A stretch of DNA of 62,355 bases, the filler included, from a bacterium (lineage in GTDB: Bacteria > JBBIVP01): the NCBI GenBank assembly GCA_037439705.1. It is 14 parts of 14 records of this genome, joined end to end, with 100 filler letters (N's around TTAATTAATTAA, not from the genome) between each part and the next. Parts side by side here need not be neighbours in the genome. Positions count along the whole stretch, not along the records: positions 1 to 4,599 come from JBBIVP010000162.1; positions 4,700 to 9,214 come from JBBIVP010000163.1; positions 9,315 to 13,819 come from JBBIVP010000164.1; 11 more parts are not named here. The stretch is one strand, 5' to 3'. The position numbers and the translations under genes were made by a program. This document shows, in pieces, positions 1-9,857 of this stretch. Within the stretch, counting starts at the first letter, position 1. Every line of letters begins with the position of its first letter. The notes under the pieces were generated by a model. It did no database searches. It worked only from the letters and a program-made list of their open reading frames with translations, and was not told the origin of the DNA.

Positions 1-967
1 AAGAATGATGAAAGTGAGGGTGAAAAAATTTTCCATAGGATTTGGACCGGCGATTTTGAAGATAAGAAGAAAGGAAACAGAATATGCCCTTTCGCTGATT
101 CCTTTTGGAGGATATGTGAGACTTTTTGGCGAGTATCCTGACGAAAAAGACCTTCCCGGGTCATATTTATCAAAACCTCCTTCCACAAGGGCAGTTATTG
201 CGTTTGCAGGCTCATTTTTCAATTTCATTACCGCAATTTTTTTCTGCATTTTCTTAGAATGGATAGGGCATGAAGTTTTCCTTCCTTATGTTGGAGAGGT
301 TATGAAAGGGTATCCAGCAGAAAAAGCAGGGATTCTTCCCGGCGATCTCGTTCTTGAAATTGAGGGGAATAAAATTGAGGTCTGGAGTGATATTTACAAT
401 ACAATTAATAAGTATGGAGACAGGGAGTTAACCTTTGTAATAGAGAGAGGGGGAGAGAAACTTTCTTTCAGGATAAGACCGGTTATAGAAAAAATGGAAG
501 GAGAAGAAAAGGAAAGATTTATTGTCGGGATAAAACCTTCTGACAGGACGAAAAGAATAAGAAAGGGCTTTTTTCAATCCATTTTTAGCGGAACAAAAAT
601 AAGTTTTTTGATGGCAGGTGCTACCTTCAAGGCGATTGGAGGGCTTATAACCGGCAAAATTCCAGTTTCCGAACTGAGGGGCCCTATTTTTATAATGAAA
701 ACAGCAGGAGAAGCTGGAAAGGAAAGTTGGAGGAAGTTTTTCTATCTCCTTGCTCTTATTTCGGTTAATCTTGCCATATTGAACCTCCTTCCTGTTCCTG
801 CCCTTGATGGGGGTCTCATCCTTATCTCTCTTTTTGAAATGGTTGTGAGAAGGGAACTTCCTTATAAATTTAGGGTTGCGATACAGATTTTTGGATTTTT
901 TTTGCTTTTTCTTTTACTCCTTTTTGCCCTTTACAACGATCTGGTCTATACCCTTTTTAAAAGGTGA
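1..967 (+). CDS. rseP: RIP metalloprotease RseP (M50, PDZ); 5' end probably cut by window/contig start
   Basis: FSIGFGP, IPFGGYV, PDZ segment and NLLPVPALDGG motifs; N-terminal HEXXH not in window. Confidence 0.93.
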   Translation, partial: RMMKVRVKKFSIGFGPAILKIRRKETEYALSLIPFGGYVRLFGEYPDEKDLPGSYLSKPPSTRAVIAFAGSFFNFITAIFFCIFLEWIGHEVFLPYVGEVMKGYPAEKAGILPGDLVLEIEGNKIEVWSDIYNTINKYGDRELTFVIERGGEKLSFRIRPVIEKMEGEEKERFIVGIKPSDRTKRIRKGFFQSIFSGTKISFLMAGATFKAIGGLITGKIPVSELRGPIFIMKTAGEAGKESWRKFFYLLALISVNLAILNLLPVPALDGGLILISLFEMVVRRELPYKFRVAIQIFGFFLLFLLLLFALYNDLVYTLFKR

Positions 968-1620
968 AAGTTCTCGGCATAGAGGTATCAACTTCTCAGG
1001 GCAGTATTGCCATTGTTGATGGAGAGAAGATATTAAGAGAATTTATCTGGTTTTCTCAGAAAGGACATATATCCCTTCTTCACAAATATCTATCTTTAAT
1101 TTTTAATGAAGGGGAATTTACAATGAATGATATTGACCTTGTTGCAGTTTCCATCGGTCCCGGTTCTTTCACGGGTTTGAGAATAGGGCTTGGATTTGCC
1201 AAGGGTATATGTTTTACTTACAAAAAACCCATAAAGGGGATTTCTTCATTAAAGGTTCTTGCAGGTGGTTTATTTTTCAATTCAAAAATTTATCCTGTCA
1301 TTGATGCAAAAAGAGGATTTGTTTATGGAGGGTGTTATTCATGGAGAGAAGGAGTTCTTATAAAGGAATTAGATGATGGATTATTTCTTCCTCATGAGTT
1401 TTCAAAAATAGCAGAGGATGGAATTCTTGTGGGAGAGGGAATAAGCAGGTTTAAAGAAGCATTTGCCTCTAACAAAAAAATTGAAACTCCTTTCCTTCAA
1501 TACCCTTTGGCTCATACCTTATGCTCCCTTGCAATTTTTGATTATAAAAGGGAAGGTGAAGACGACATTTTTTCTCTTTCACCACATTACATCGCCCCCC
1601 CTCCAATTTCTATTCCATAA
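964..1620 (+). CDS. tsaB: tRNA threonylcarbamoyladenosine biosynthesis protein TsaB
   Basis: GPGSFTGLRIG and IDAKRG motifs; GTG start overlaps rseP TGA. Confidence 0.95.
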   Translation: MKVLGIEVSTSQGSIAIVDGEKILREFIWFSQKGHISLLHKYLSLIFNEGEFTMNDIDLVAVSIGPGSFTGLRIGLGFAKGICFTYKKPIKGISSLKVLAGGLFFNSKIYPVIDAKRGFVYGGCYSWREGVLIKELDDGLFLPHEFSKIAEDGILVGEGISRFKEAFASNKKIETPFLQYPLAHTLCSLAIFDYKREGEDDIFSLSPHYIAPPPISIP

Positions 1621-1656
1621 GGACGAAAGCAGACCCCTTTCAGAAATTATAAAAAA

Positions 1657-2247
1657 TCAGAATTCTAATCTGTATTTGAAAGATTGGGAGATGGTCATTT
1701 CGTCCATCATATCTATTGAACCACCAACAGGAATTCCTGAGGTTATTTTCAGCAGTTTTACATCGGAAACCTCTCTTATCTTTTCCTTTATGTAAAATGC
1801 AGTCGCATCTCCTTCAACGGTTGGATTTGTTGCTATAATTATCTCTTTAAATTTTTTCTTCTTTATCCTTTCAATCAGTCGCTTTACCCTCTCAAGGATC
1901 TCTTCATTTTCCAGGGAGATTATGCCGTGAAGTATGTGATAATGTCCTTTATATACTCCTGATTTTTCAATAGCAATTACGGAGGAAATATCTTCTACAA
2001 TACATAATGTGTTTTCCCTTTTCTCATCGGAACAGAATTCACAGGTATTTTCCCATTTTATGTATCCGCATTCCTCACAGAGTTTAATTTTTTCCTTCAG
2101 GTCCATTATGTCTTTAGCAAGTTTCATTACTTTCTCCCTGTTCTCGTTCATTAGATGAACCGCATACCTCATGGCAGTTTTTTCGCCCACTCCCGGAAGA
2201 ATTTTCAAACTTTCTATTAATGAGAAAAATGGATTCTTTTTTTTCAT
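1657..2247 (-). CDS. recR: Recombination mediator RecR
   Basis: LPGVGEKTA HhH, C4 zinc finger, Toprim ATNPTVEGDAT, GIPVGG. Confidence 0.96.
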   Translation of the reverse strand: MKKKNPFFSLIESLKILPGVGEKTAMRYAVHLMNENREKVMKLAKDIMDLKEKIKLCEECGYIKWENTCEFCSDEKRENTLCIVEDISSVIAIEKSGVYKGHYHILHGIISLENEEILERVKRLIERIKKKKFKEIIIATNPTVEGDATAFYIKEKIREVSDVKLLKITSGIPVGGSIDMMDEMTISQSFKYRLEF

Positions 2248-3446
2248 TTCTTCCTTTTTTCTACATTAATTAGAGTTGCTCCATATTCCTTTAGAAGGGG
2301 TTTCAAGAACGGATGAAGTGTATTGTTTTCTTTAGGAGTTTCTGTTTTTTCATTAGCCACCTCTGGTTTTTCCTGGAGAGAGCACAATTTCATAAATGTG
2401 ACATCAAGCATGCTTTTGGTGAAAGGAGATCTTAATGCGCTTTCAATACCTGATGACAGAACGTCAAATACCATCATAACCCGTCGTTGCTGGGTAAGAT
2501 TTGCAAGTTCTTCAATTTTCTTCCTGTATGAAGGGGTTCCTGAAATAAGGCTTTCGTCGTTTGTCATTGAAAACACAAGGGCATCCCTTATAATCTGTAG
2601 AAGGTGTGAACAGAATTTTCCTGTGTCTATTCCAGTTGTATAAAGTTCTCTAACTTCACTCAAAATCCTTTCATCCCCTTTTATGGAGAGTTCGGCTATT
2701 TTCAAAATTTTTGATTCAGGAAGTATGCCGAAGCATTTTATTACATCTTCTTGAGTGATGTTATCTGAAAAACTTGATACCTGATCAAGCATACTCAATG
2801 CATCTCTTACGCTTCCTTCGGATTCTACTGCAATGAGTCTCAGCGCTGAATCCTCTATTTTTATTCCCTCTTTCTGTGAAATTTTCTTGAGATGGGCAAT
2901 TATTTCCTCGTCGGATAGAGGGACGAAGGTAAACCGGAGGCATCTTGAAATTACTGTTGAAGGGAGTTTGTGGGGTTCAGTGGTGGCAAGGACAAATATT
3001 ACATGTAATGGAGGTTCTTCAAGAATTTTTAGAAGTGCATTGAAAGCGCTTATGGAAAGCATGTGGACTTCGTCAATTATATACATCCTGTATCTTCCTT
3101 TTGTGGGAAGGACCTGAAGGTTATCCCTTATTTCCCTTACATCGTCCACTCCAGTATAACTTGCACCATCTATTTCAAGGATGTTCATTGAAGTTCCCTG
3201 ATTTATCTCAATGCACACATCACAGGAATTGCATGGTTCGGTGGTTGGACCTTTATCGCAGTTCTGGGTTTTTGCGAGTATTCTTGCAACCGTCGTTTTT
3301 CCTATTCCTCTTGGACCTGTAAAAAGATATGCATGGTGGATTTTCCCACTTTTTATAATATTTGATAGTGTTTGAACGATATGAAACTGCCCAACTACTT
3401 CTGATAAAGTGAGGGGTCTATATTTTCTTGCCAGAGGGTAATTCAT
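2244..3446 (-). CDS. dnaX: DNA polymerase III subunit gamma/tau (short, 400 aa)
   Basis: ARKYRP, GPRGIGKTT, zinc module, DEVHMLS, SRC motif. Confidence 0.96.
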   Translation of the reverse strand: MNYPLARKYRPLTLSEVVGQFHIVQTLSNIIKSGKIHHAYLFTGPRGIGKTTVARILAKTQNCDKGPTTEPCNSCDVCIEINQGTSMNILEIDGASYTGVDDVREIRDNLQVLPTKGRYRMYIIDEVHMLSISAFNALLKILEEPPLHVIFVLATTEPHKLPSTVISRCLRFTFVPLSDEEIIAHLKKISQKEGIKIEDSALRLIAVESEGSVRDALSMLDQVSSFSDNITQEDVIKCFGILPESKILKIAELSIKGDERILSEVRELYTTGIDTGKFCSHLLQIIRDALVFSMTNDESLISGTPSYRKKIEELANLTQQRRVMMVFDVLSSGIESALRSPFTKSMLDVTFMKLCSLQEKPEVANEKTETPKENNTLHPFLKPLLKEYGATLINVEKRKK

Positions 3447-3460
3447 TTTCTTATATTAAA

Positions 3461-3557
3461 CTGCCGGGTAAACTGCGCAATGGAATTCCTGCTTACCGCT
3501 GCTGCCTTCCGGCCCTGACGGGGTTCACAGGTTTTTTCCATCCGCAGAACCCGGCAG
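3461..3557 (-). ncRNA. ffs: Signal recognition particle 4.5S RNA
   Basis: Minus strand carries GTCAGGGCCGGAAGGCAGCAGC (domain IV, GGAA tetraloop) closed by the CTGCCGGGT/ACCCGGCAG terminal stem; usual position upstream of dnaX. Confidence 0.93.
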
Positions 3558-3694
3558 AATTTATTTTAAGAAAATCTCCTCTCCTTTTCAATTTAAATTG
3601 AGTTCAGCTTTCATTTTTTATGTAAAAGGGGAACAAACAATTTTACGCCGTCTGTTTGCATAATGAGGAAAATTTTTTTATAATGCTTTAAAAC

Positions 3695-3768
3695 GCCCCC
3701 GTAGCTCAGTAGGATAGAGCGAGGGATTCCTAATCCCTAGGTCGCGCGTTCAATTCGCGCCGGGGGTA
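3695..3768 (+). tRNA. tRNA-Arg(CCT)
   Basis: Cloverleaf: GCCCCCG acceptor, AGGGA-TTCCTAA-TCCCT anticodon arm, GCGCG-TTCAATT-CGCGC T arm; CCA not encoded. Confidence 0.95.
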
Positions 3769-3782
3769 TTTGAAAAATTTGA

Positions 3783-4599
3783 GTGAGAGAAAACGGCTAT
3801 TATTATCCCGAGTATTTATACGAAAAAGAAGAGATAAAACCCGTTCACATTTTTCTTTTAATCCTTACTTTTCTTACAACCACATTTTTTGGAGCAATGA
3901 TGGAAGGGGGGGATCCCTTGACGTTTTCCGGTTTGAAAAAAGGATTTCCATATTCCATTTCTTTGATGGGAGTTCTTTTTGTGCATGAAATGGGACATTT
4001 TATAACCAGCAGGTATTACGGAGTTCGCGTTACCTTTCCTTATTTTATCCCTGCTCCCAATCTTATAGGAACATTCGGTGCATTTATAAAGATGAAGAGT
4101 CCAATTCCCAACAGGAGGATTCTATTTGATATAGGCTTTGCAGGACATTTTTCAGGATTTATCGCTTCAATAATAGCGCTTATATTCTGAATAAAGACAT
4201 CAAAAGTGATTCCACCCCATCAGGTGGGAGGTGGAGTTTCCCTAGGGACAAATTTTGCTATGGAAATAATAATAAAAATTGTAAAGGGAAATATCTCTGA
4301 AGGACACGATATCCTTTTGGGACCTGTTGCATTTGCAGGCTGGCTCGGTTTGCTCGTTACTGCTATGAACCTGATTCCTGTTGGACAGACGGATGGGGGA
4401 CACATACTTTATTCAGTGCTCGGAAGGGCACATTCTATCTTTGCTTTTCTTTTTGTAATAGGGCTTATAGTGATAGGCACTTATGTGTGGCCGGGATGGC
4501 TTTTCTGGGCTTTAATCCTCGTGATAATAGGAATAAGACATCCTCCTGTGATTAATCCCTTCATCCCTCTTGGAAGAAAGAGGATTTTCCTTTTCTTTA
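3783..4599 (+). pseudogene. Site-2 protease family (M50) protein with in-frame TGA at 4188-4190; 3' truncated by contig end
   Basis: HEMGH, GTFGAFI and NLIPVGQTDGGH motifs; ORFs 3783-4190 and 4206+ share a frame across one TGA (may be a sequencing error). Confidence 0.85.
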
Positions 4600-4699
4600 N
4601 NNNNNNNNNNNNNNNNNNNNNNNNNNNNNNNNNNNNNNNNNNNTTAATTAATTAANNNNNNNNNNNNNNNNNNNNNNNNNNNNNNNNNNNNNNNNNNNN
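4600..4699. other. Artificial contig linker
   Basis: 44 N + TTAATTAATTAA + 44 N. Confidence 0.99.
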
Positions 4700-4701
4700 A
4701 T

Positions 4702-4938
4702 TTAGCCCGGAGAAGTCCAAGAGAGGAATTTTTACAAAAATTAAAAGAAAAAAGGCTACTTGCCGCATTTATTGATAAAAGTATGTTTAATAGTGGTGAA
4801 GTTGATTTTTTAGTTATAAAGGAATGGGATATTTTTCCCATCTTTTGGAGTAGAGAAGTTGAGGCAAGAGGAAAAAATCAAATTGATAACCAGAAGGTAA
4901 TTTTTAAGGTATCAGGCAGAACTCAAAATGAGAAATGA
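4702..4938 (+). CDS. 3' fragment of hypothetical protein
   Basis: Open frame from contig start (LARRSPREEFLQKLKEK...RTQNEK*) whose TGA overlaps the dctQ ATG. Confidence 0.5.
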   Translation, partial: LARRSPREEFLQKLKEKRLLAAFIDKSMFNSGEVDFLVIKEWDIFPIFWSREVEARGKNQIDNQKVIFKVSGRTQNEK

Positions 4939-5450
4939 TGGCAAAAATGAGGAAGATAGTTGATGATATAAACAATTTTCTGGAATGGATTGAGAGCTTT
5001 TTTATAGTTTTGTTCATTATTGTCATGCTATTCCTTTCATTTCTTCAGGTTGTCCTGAGACTGATTTTTCACATAGGTTTTGTATGGGCAGATGACCTTT
5101 TAAGGCATATCGTTCTATGGGTTGGATTCATAGGAGCGAGCATCGCTACCAAGAAGAACAAACACATAAACATAGATATATTTTCAAGAACCCTCCCCTT
5201 GAAAATAAAACCATTTTTTGAATCCATTCTTTTAATTTTTTCTTCATTCATTTCCTTTTTGCTCTTTCTTGCAGGAGTGAGCTTTACAAAGATGGAAAGG
5301 GAATTTATGGAGATGTCAGTGACCCTTAAACTTCCTCTCTGGATCCTGATGCTCATCATACCAATAGGTTTTTTATCAATGAGTATAAGGTTTTTTGTAA
5401 ACGGGATATTTAAACTATGGGAGGGGATGACAGGAGGAGATAAGAGATGA
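4935..5450 (+). CDS. dctQ: TRAP transporter small permease DctQ
   Basis: 4 TM segments, WADDLLR, HINIDI motifs; coupled to DctM. Confidence 0.92.
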   Translation: MMAKMRKIVDDINNFLEWIESFFIVLFIIVMLFLSFLQVVLRLIFHIGFVWADDLLRHIVLWVGFIGASIATKKNKHINIDIFSRTLPLKIKPFFESILLIFSSFISFLLFLAGVSFTKMEREFMEMSVTLKLPLWILMLIIPIGFLSMSIRFFVNGIFKLWEGMTGGDKR

Positions 5451-6724
5451 CGCTCATTGTTGTTGTTTTGCTCGTTTTATTTCTTCTTTTTGGCGCTCCA
5501 CTGTTTATTGTTGTGGGGAGTGCAGCACTTTATTCTTTTAAATTCGGTGCAGGACTTGAGCCCGCTATAATAGTGCAGGAGATATACAAACTTGCTTCTG
5601 CACCGGTTTTTGTTGCCCTTCCCCTCTTCACATTTGCAGGATACATCCTCGCAGAAAGCAGGGCTCCTCAGAGGCTCGTTAACATATCAAATGCCCTTGT
5701 TGGGTGGCTCCCTGGTGGATTTGGAATTGTTGCAATAGTTGCATCATCCATATTTACAGCCCTCACAGGTGCCTCTGGTGTTACAATTATAGCACTTGGA
5801 GGACTTCTATTACCAGCCCTTTTATCTGCAAAATATCCAGAAGATTTCTCCCTTGGTTTAGTAACAACTGCTGGAAGCCTCGGAATCCTTTTTCCCCCAT
5901 CCCTTCCAGTTATAATCTATGGTCTTGTAAGCGGCGTTAGCGTGGATAAACTATTTGTAGCAGGGCTCATCCCGGGTATTCTTGTTATAGTAATATTGAG
6001 TTCTTATTCCATTTACATAAGTTTCATAAAAGGGATAAAAAGCGAGGCAGTTTCATTTAAGGACTTTCTTAAAGCATTGAGGGAGATTATATGGGAGGCA
6101 CCACTTCCTTTTTTGATAGTAATAGGTATATACACGGGTCTCTTTACAATAAATGAAGCAGCAGCAGTTACTGCATTTTATGTCTTTGTTGTTGAGGTAT
6201 TCATAATAAGGGATATCCATTTAAAGAAGATTCCTAATATAGCGAAAGAAAGTATGACTATGATTGGCAGTATAATTGTCATTCTTGGGGTTGCACTCGG
6301 ATTTGCCAATTTTCTCGTTGACCAGCAGGTCCCAATGATGATAATGAATTTCCTGAAAAAATTCTTCCACTCAAAGTATTCCTTCCTTCTTGCCCTGAAC
6401 ATATTTTTGTTAATTGTTGGATGCACAATGGATATATTCTCAGCAACAATGGTTGTCGTTCCTCTTATTGCTCCCATAGGAAATTATTTTGGTGTAGACC
6501 CTGTTCATCTCGGAATAATTTTCCTGGTAAATTTGAGCATAGGATACATTACCCCTCCTGTTGGAACAAGTCTTTTCATTGCGAGTTTCAGGTTCAATGA
6601 GCCTGTAATAAAACTTTACATAGTTTCCATTCCTTGGCTTCTTCTTTTACTTCTATCCCTCCTCATTATAACCTATTACCCTGACCTTTCACTGTTTCTC
6701 TTGAAATACATTCAGGTAAGGTAA
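5447..6724 (+). CDS. dctM: TRAP transporter large permease DctM
   Basis: ALPLFTFAG, LFPPSLP, VDPVHLGII, ITPPVG motifs. Confidence 0.95.
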   Translation: MTLIVVVLLVLFLLFGAPLFIVVGSAALYSFKFGAGLEPAIIVQEIYKLASAPVFVALPLFTFAGYILAESRAPQRLVNISNALVGWLPGGFGIVAIVASSIFTALTGASGVTIIALGGLLLPALLSAKYPEDFSLGLVTTAGSLGILFPPSLPVIIYGLVSGVSVDKLFVAGLIPGILVIVILSSYSIYISFIKGIKSEAVSFKDFLKALREIIWEAPLPFLIVIGIYTGLFTINEAAAVTAFYVFVVEVFIIRDIHLKKIPNIAKESMTMIGSIIVILGVALGFANFLVDQQVPMMIMNFLKKFFHSKYSFLLALNIFLLIVGCTMDIFSATMVVVPLIAPIGNYFGVDPVHLGIIFLVNLSIGYITPPVGTSLFIASFRFNEPVIKLYIVSIPWLLLLLLSLLIITYYPDLSLFLLKYIQVR

Positions 6725-7398
6725 ATTTTTCTTGTTTTTTTCACCCTTCTTTTTCTGAAAATAAAAAGAAAGACCATTCCTGAAAGGAATCCACCTATGT
6801 GGGCAAACCATGCAATATTTCCGCCCGTCTGTGAGGCGCCTGCAATCTGCATCAAGAACCATATAAGGATGAATAAGAACGCGGGAATTGGGACAATCCT
6901 CCAGAAAAAGAAGAACGGGATAAGTGTATCAACCATTGCAAAGGGATAAAGGAGCATATAAGCCCCAAGGATTCCCGAGATTGCTCCACTTGCTCCTATC
7001 ATCGGAACATCAGAATGGGGATTCATAAGTATGTGTGTGAAGCTCGCAGATATTCCGCAGAGGATATAAAAAATTATAAACCTTATTTTTCTAAGGGTAT
7101 CCTCTATATTGTTCCCAAATATCCAGAGGTAGAGCATATTTCCAAGAATGTGAAGAATTCCTCCATGAAGGAACATGGATGTAATGAGTGTAAATGGAAG
7201 GGGAATTGGAGTTTTCGGAGGAAGGTCAATTCTCCTGCTCAGTTCCTGAGGGATTGCTCCATATATAAAAATAAATTCTTTTAATTTTGTTTCTGAAAGT
7301 GAAACTTCATATATAAAAATCACGATGTTTGAAATTATAAGCAGGATTGTAATTAAAGGAAAAGAACGAGCGGGATTTCTGTCCCTTAATGGGATCAT
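6712..7398 (-). CDS. Rhomboid family intramembrane serine protease
   Basis: MIPLRD start, HILGNMLYLW, GASGAI (Ser), AHIGGF (His). Confidence 0.95.
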   Translation of the reverse strand: MIPLRDRNPARSFPLITILLIISNIVIFIYEVSLSETKLKEFIFIYGAIPQELSRRIDLPPKTPIPLPFTLITSMFLHGGILHILGNMLYLWIFGNNIEDTLRKIRFIIFYILCGISASFTHILMNPHSDVPMIGASGAISGILGAYMLLYPFAMVDTLIPFFFFWRIVPIPAFLFILIWFLMQIAGASQTGGNIAWFAHIGGFLSGMVFLFIFRKRRVKKTRKIYLT

Positions 7399-7404
7399 TT
7401 TTTT

Positions 7405-7437
7405 AAAAAAAAGAAATGGGGGGTTTTAAACCCCCCA
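7405..7437 (-). terminator. Intrinsic terminator after the 586-aa ORF
   Basis: Minus strand TGGGGGGTTTAAAACCCCCCA hairpin followed by TTTCTTTTTTTT. Confidence 0.75.
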
Positions 7438-7447
7438 AAATGATTTT

Positions 7448-9214
7448 TTACATCTGCGGGAGTTCTATTTTTAGATATGGAACCTCAAATATAATCTGTG
7501 CTGCTCCCAGGACATTGTTGAAGGAGAACTGGGTTGCAGTTAAGAAAGTGCCTGGAGTACAATTTGTGGCCACTGCTGTTGTTGTATTAGGATAGTCTTT
7601 CAACGGACAGAGGTCAATTTCAAGGGCTCCGTTAAGGGATGGGTTTTTCATTTTTACATATATAAGTGCTGATGTTATAACCCCTATCGTATCAGTGTTC
7701 TTTTTCGGGTATTCATTGTTGTAATTTGTTGGTCCTGCTCCATCAGCAGGGATTTCACCATCAAAGTGACCAACATCTCCTGTGAATACATAACTCTGTG
7801 CATAGGTTGTAATAGAAGTAGCCATTGTTTCACCCTCAACAACCCACATCCTTTTTGGTTGCTTGTCATAAGGATCCTCCACATCCTTTTCTTCAATAAG
7901 AAGATTTCTCAGGCAGGGGACATTTTGAGCAAATAGTTTTGATATGTCAATCCTTAAGACATTCGGAAGTCTTTTTACATTCCCATTCTTATCCTTTACT
8001 ATCTGAAGTGGCTCAAGCAGATCGTTTATGTCATCAATTGATATCTTCGTTTCTGTTGATTTGCCAGAAAGGATGTCTGAAAGTTTTTTAAGAATTTCAT
8101 TTAGTTTATTTAGAAAATCCTGATTGAATCCAGAAGGGAAATAGATTTTTACTTCCACTCCACCTTGACCCTCATCTATAATTTCTTCCTCATCTCCATC
8201 AAAATCCCTGTCCATCGTATCCCTTGCCCTTCCCACAACATTTAGTTTAAGAAAATCCCTTCCGCTTTCAGGTGGTGATTTAGAATCGTCTCCTCCACCC
8301 GGCTTTCCATCTCCACCATCATAAAGCCCAACAAGGTAATCAGTCTGGTCAACAGGATTTGGTCCAAATACCTCATCTGCTTTTTTAAGAACATTTGATA
8401 GCCTTTGAAGGGCAAGGGAGAGGACAGATGGTATTTCAAAATAGAGGGCCTTTTTTGTGGAATCAGGATTCCAGCAGAGGAAGTTTTCCTTATCACCAAA
8501 TGCGAGTATTACTGGGAGCATCCTTAAAAGACCTATCGGGTCCTCTTCAAGTCTTTTTGTAAGGGGGTCAAGGTTATCCAGGATGTTGCTTATAAAGGTT
8601 GAAGGGACTATGGTATCAAGGGAGTTCAGGAAGTTTAATAATGCTTTGATTGCTGAGACAACCGCTCCAACCCCCTCAATCTCAGGAAATCCTATCTTTC
8701 CGTAAAGCCTAACATCAAGGAAGAGGTTTCCGATGGTTGAATTCAATTGTTCCTTTCCAAGTTTGACAGGGATTCCATCTTCTGGAAGGTTCCTTGTGAA
8801 TTTTTCTCCTGCTACCTCCTCAATTTTTTTAATCATGTTATCTATCTCATCCACTCTATCTGATAATTCAGAAAGGCTTGTTCCAGCCAGGCCAAGAACG
8901 AGGTCCGCTAAATTGATATCGGCCTGGGGACTCAAAGAACCCGCAAGGAGAGAGTTTGTAAGTATGTTGTTTAATTTATCAGCAGCCCATAGTATGTCTG
9001 CAAATACAACCCCTGATAGGGCATCTGTGTTTTGTGGTTTTTTTTCAAGAATTTTGAGATACTCATCCCTCGCGGCGTCAAATTCTCCGCTGCTCATGAA
9101 CCCATCTGGTCCTGGAGTTGTAGTGCCGCCACCCCCGCCCCCCACAACCGCCCCCCCCACGCCCCCTCCATATACCCCCCAGACAACAAATCCCCCGGGT
9201 GCATACACGGTTTT
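7448..9214 (-). CDS. Large hypothetical exported/lipoprotein-like protein; 5' end truncated and low quality
   Basis: 586-codon open frame; Gly/Thr linker, TPR-like helix pair near the N-terminus; no family recognised. Confidence 0.75.
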   Translation of the reverse strand, partial: KTVYAPGGFVVWGVYGGGVGGAVVGGGGGGTTTPGPDGFMSSGEFDAARDEYLKILEKKPQNTDALSGVVFADILWAADKLNNILTNSLLAGSLSPQADINLADLVLGLAGTSLSELSDRVDEIDNMIKKIEEVAGEKFTRNLPEDGIPVKLGKEQLNSTIGNLFLDVRLYGKIGFPEIEGVGAVVSAIKALLNFLNSLDTIVPSTFISNILDNLDPLTKRLEEDPIGLLRMLPVILAFGDKENFLCWNPDSTKKALYFEIPSVLSLALQRLSNVLKKADEVFGPNPVDQTDYLVGLYDGGDGKPGGGDDSKSPPESGRDFLKLNVVGRARDTMDRDFDGDEEEIIDEGQGGVEVKIYFPSGFNQDFLNKLNEILKKLSDILSGKSTETKISIDDINDLLEPLQIVKDKNGNVKRLPNVLRIDISKLFAQNVPCLRNLLIEEKDVEDPYDKQPKRMWVVEGETMATSITTYAQSYVFTGDVGHFDGEIPADGAGPTNYNNEYPKKNTDTIGVITSALIYVKMKNPSLNGALEIDLCPLKDYPNTTTAVATNCTPGTFLTATQFSFNNVLGAAQIIFEVPYLKIELPQM

Positions 9215-9314
9215 NNNNNNNNNNNNNNNNNNNNNNNNNNNNNNNNNNNNNNNNNNNNTTAATTAATTAANNNNNNNNNNNNNNNNNNNNNNNNNNNNNN
9301 NNNNNNNNNNNNNN
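9215..9314. other. Artificial contig linker
   Basis: 44 N + TTAATTAATTAA + 44 N. Confidence 0.99.
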
Positions 9315-9315
9315 T

Positions 9316-9426
9316 ATGAAGCGCATTGCTGCACCAATGGTCGGCGGAATATTTACATCCTTCTTGATGGAATTGATTGTCTATCCGGCAATATATCTTA
9401 TATGGAAGAAAAAGGAGGTAAAATAG
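9316..9426 (+). CDS. C-terminal fragment of CusA/CzcA family RND efflux permease
   Basis: MKRIAAPMVGGIFTSFLMELIVYPAIYLIWK* matches the last TM helix of CusA-type pumps; not in ORF track. Confidence 0.88.
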   Translation: MKRIAAPMVGGIFTSFLMELIVYPAIYLIWKKKEVK

Positions 9427-9533
9427 ATTTGTAAATGCTTGGGCCGTCGGGTATGAAAGAGAAATTTGTAAAAGCGATGGTAATGTTGCACATCTTTTTT
9501 GAAATCTAAGGAAAATTAAAGTAAAATTAAAAA

Positions 9534-9857
9534 ATGAACAGAAGGGAAGAAAGGATATTGAAAAGAATAAAGAAGAATTTAGAGAAAAAACTGAAGAATC
9601 GGTTAGTTTCATTTTATGCCTTCGGCTCCCGTGTTAGAGGAGACCATGAATTATGGTCCGATTTTGATGTTCTTATTGTGGTAAAGAACAGGACTCCGGA
9701 GGTGGAGCATAAAATTATGGATATATTTGTTCAGGAAGAATTAAAATCATCAATCTTCTTCACCCCACTTATTAAAGATAATGCTTCTTTTGAATTGGAG
9801 AAAAAATACAATTCTCCTTTTTATCAAAATATCTTAAAAGAAGGAATATTGATATGA
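9534..9857 (+). CDS. Minimal nucleotidyltransferase (MNT) antitoxin-like protein
   Basis: GS-X10-DFD motif (FGSRVRGDHELWSDFDVLIV), 107 aa. Confidence 0.92.
   Translation: MNRREERILKRIKKNLEKKLKNRLVSFYAFGSRVRGDHELWSDFDVLIVVKNRTPEVEHKIMDIFVQEELKSSIFFTPLIKDNASFELEKKYNSPFYQNILKEGILI

Noticed and set aside
1463-3322. Short plus-strand ORFs over recR/dnaX (and similar antisense ORFs throughout)
   Set aside because: Shadow frames of well-supported genes with no motifs.
4188-4190. TGA-to-Gly recoding (genetic code 25) or selenocysteine, suggested by two in-frame TGAs at Gly positions (4188, 26687)
   Set aside because: Many intact genes end in TGA with ATGA/GTGA coupling (rseP/tsaB, dctQ/dctM, MNT/HEPN), GGA is abundant, and TAA/TAG lesions also occur; point lesions explain it better.
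4644-4655. Regularly spaced TTAATTAATTAA repeat as a CRISPR or biological repeat
   Set aside because: Always embedded in 44-N flanks; artificial linker. No CRISPR array or cas gene seen in the window.
9121-9214. Gly-rich/Pro-rich low-complexity ORF ends on both strands
   Set aside because: Homopolymer-rich contig edge, likely low-quality sequence.
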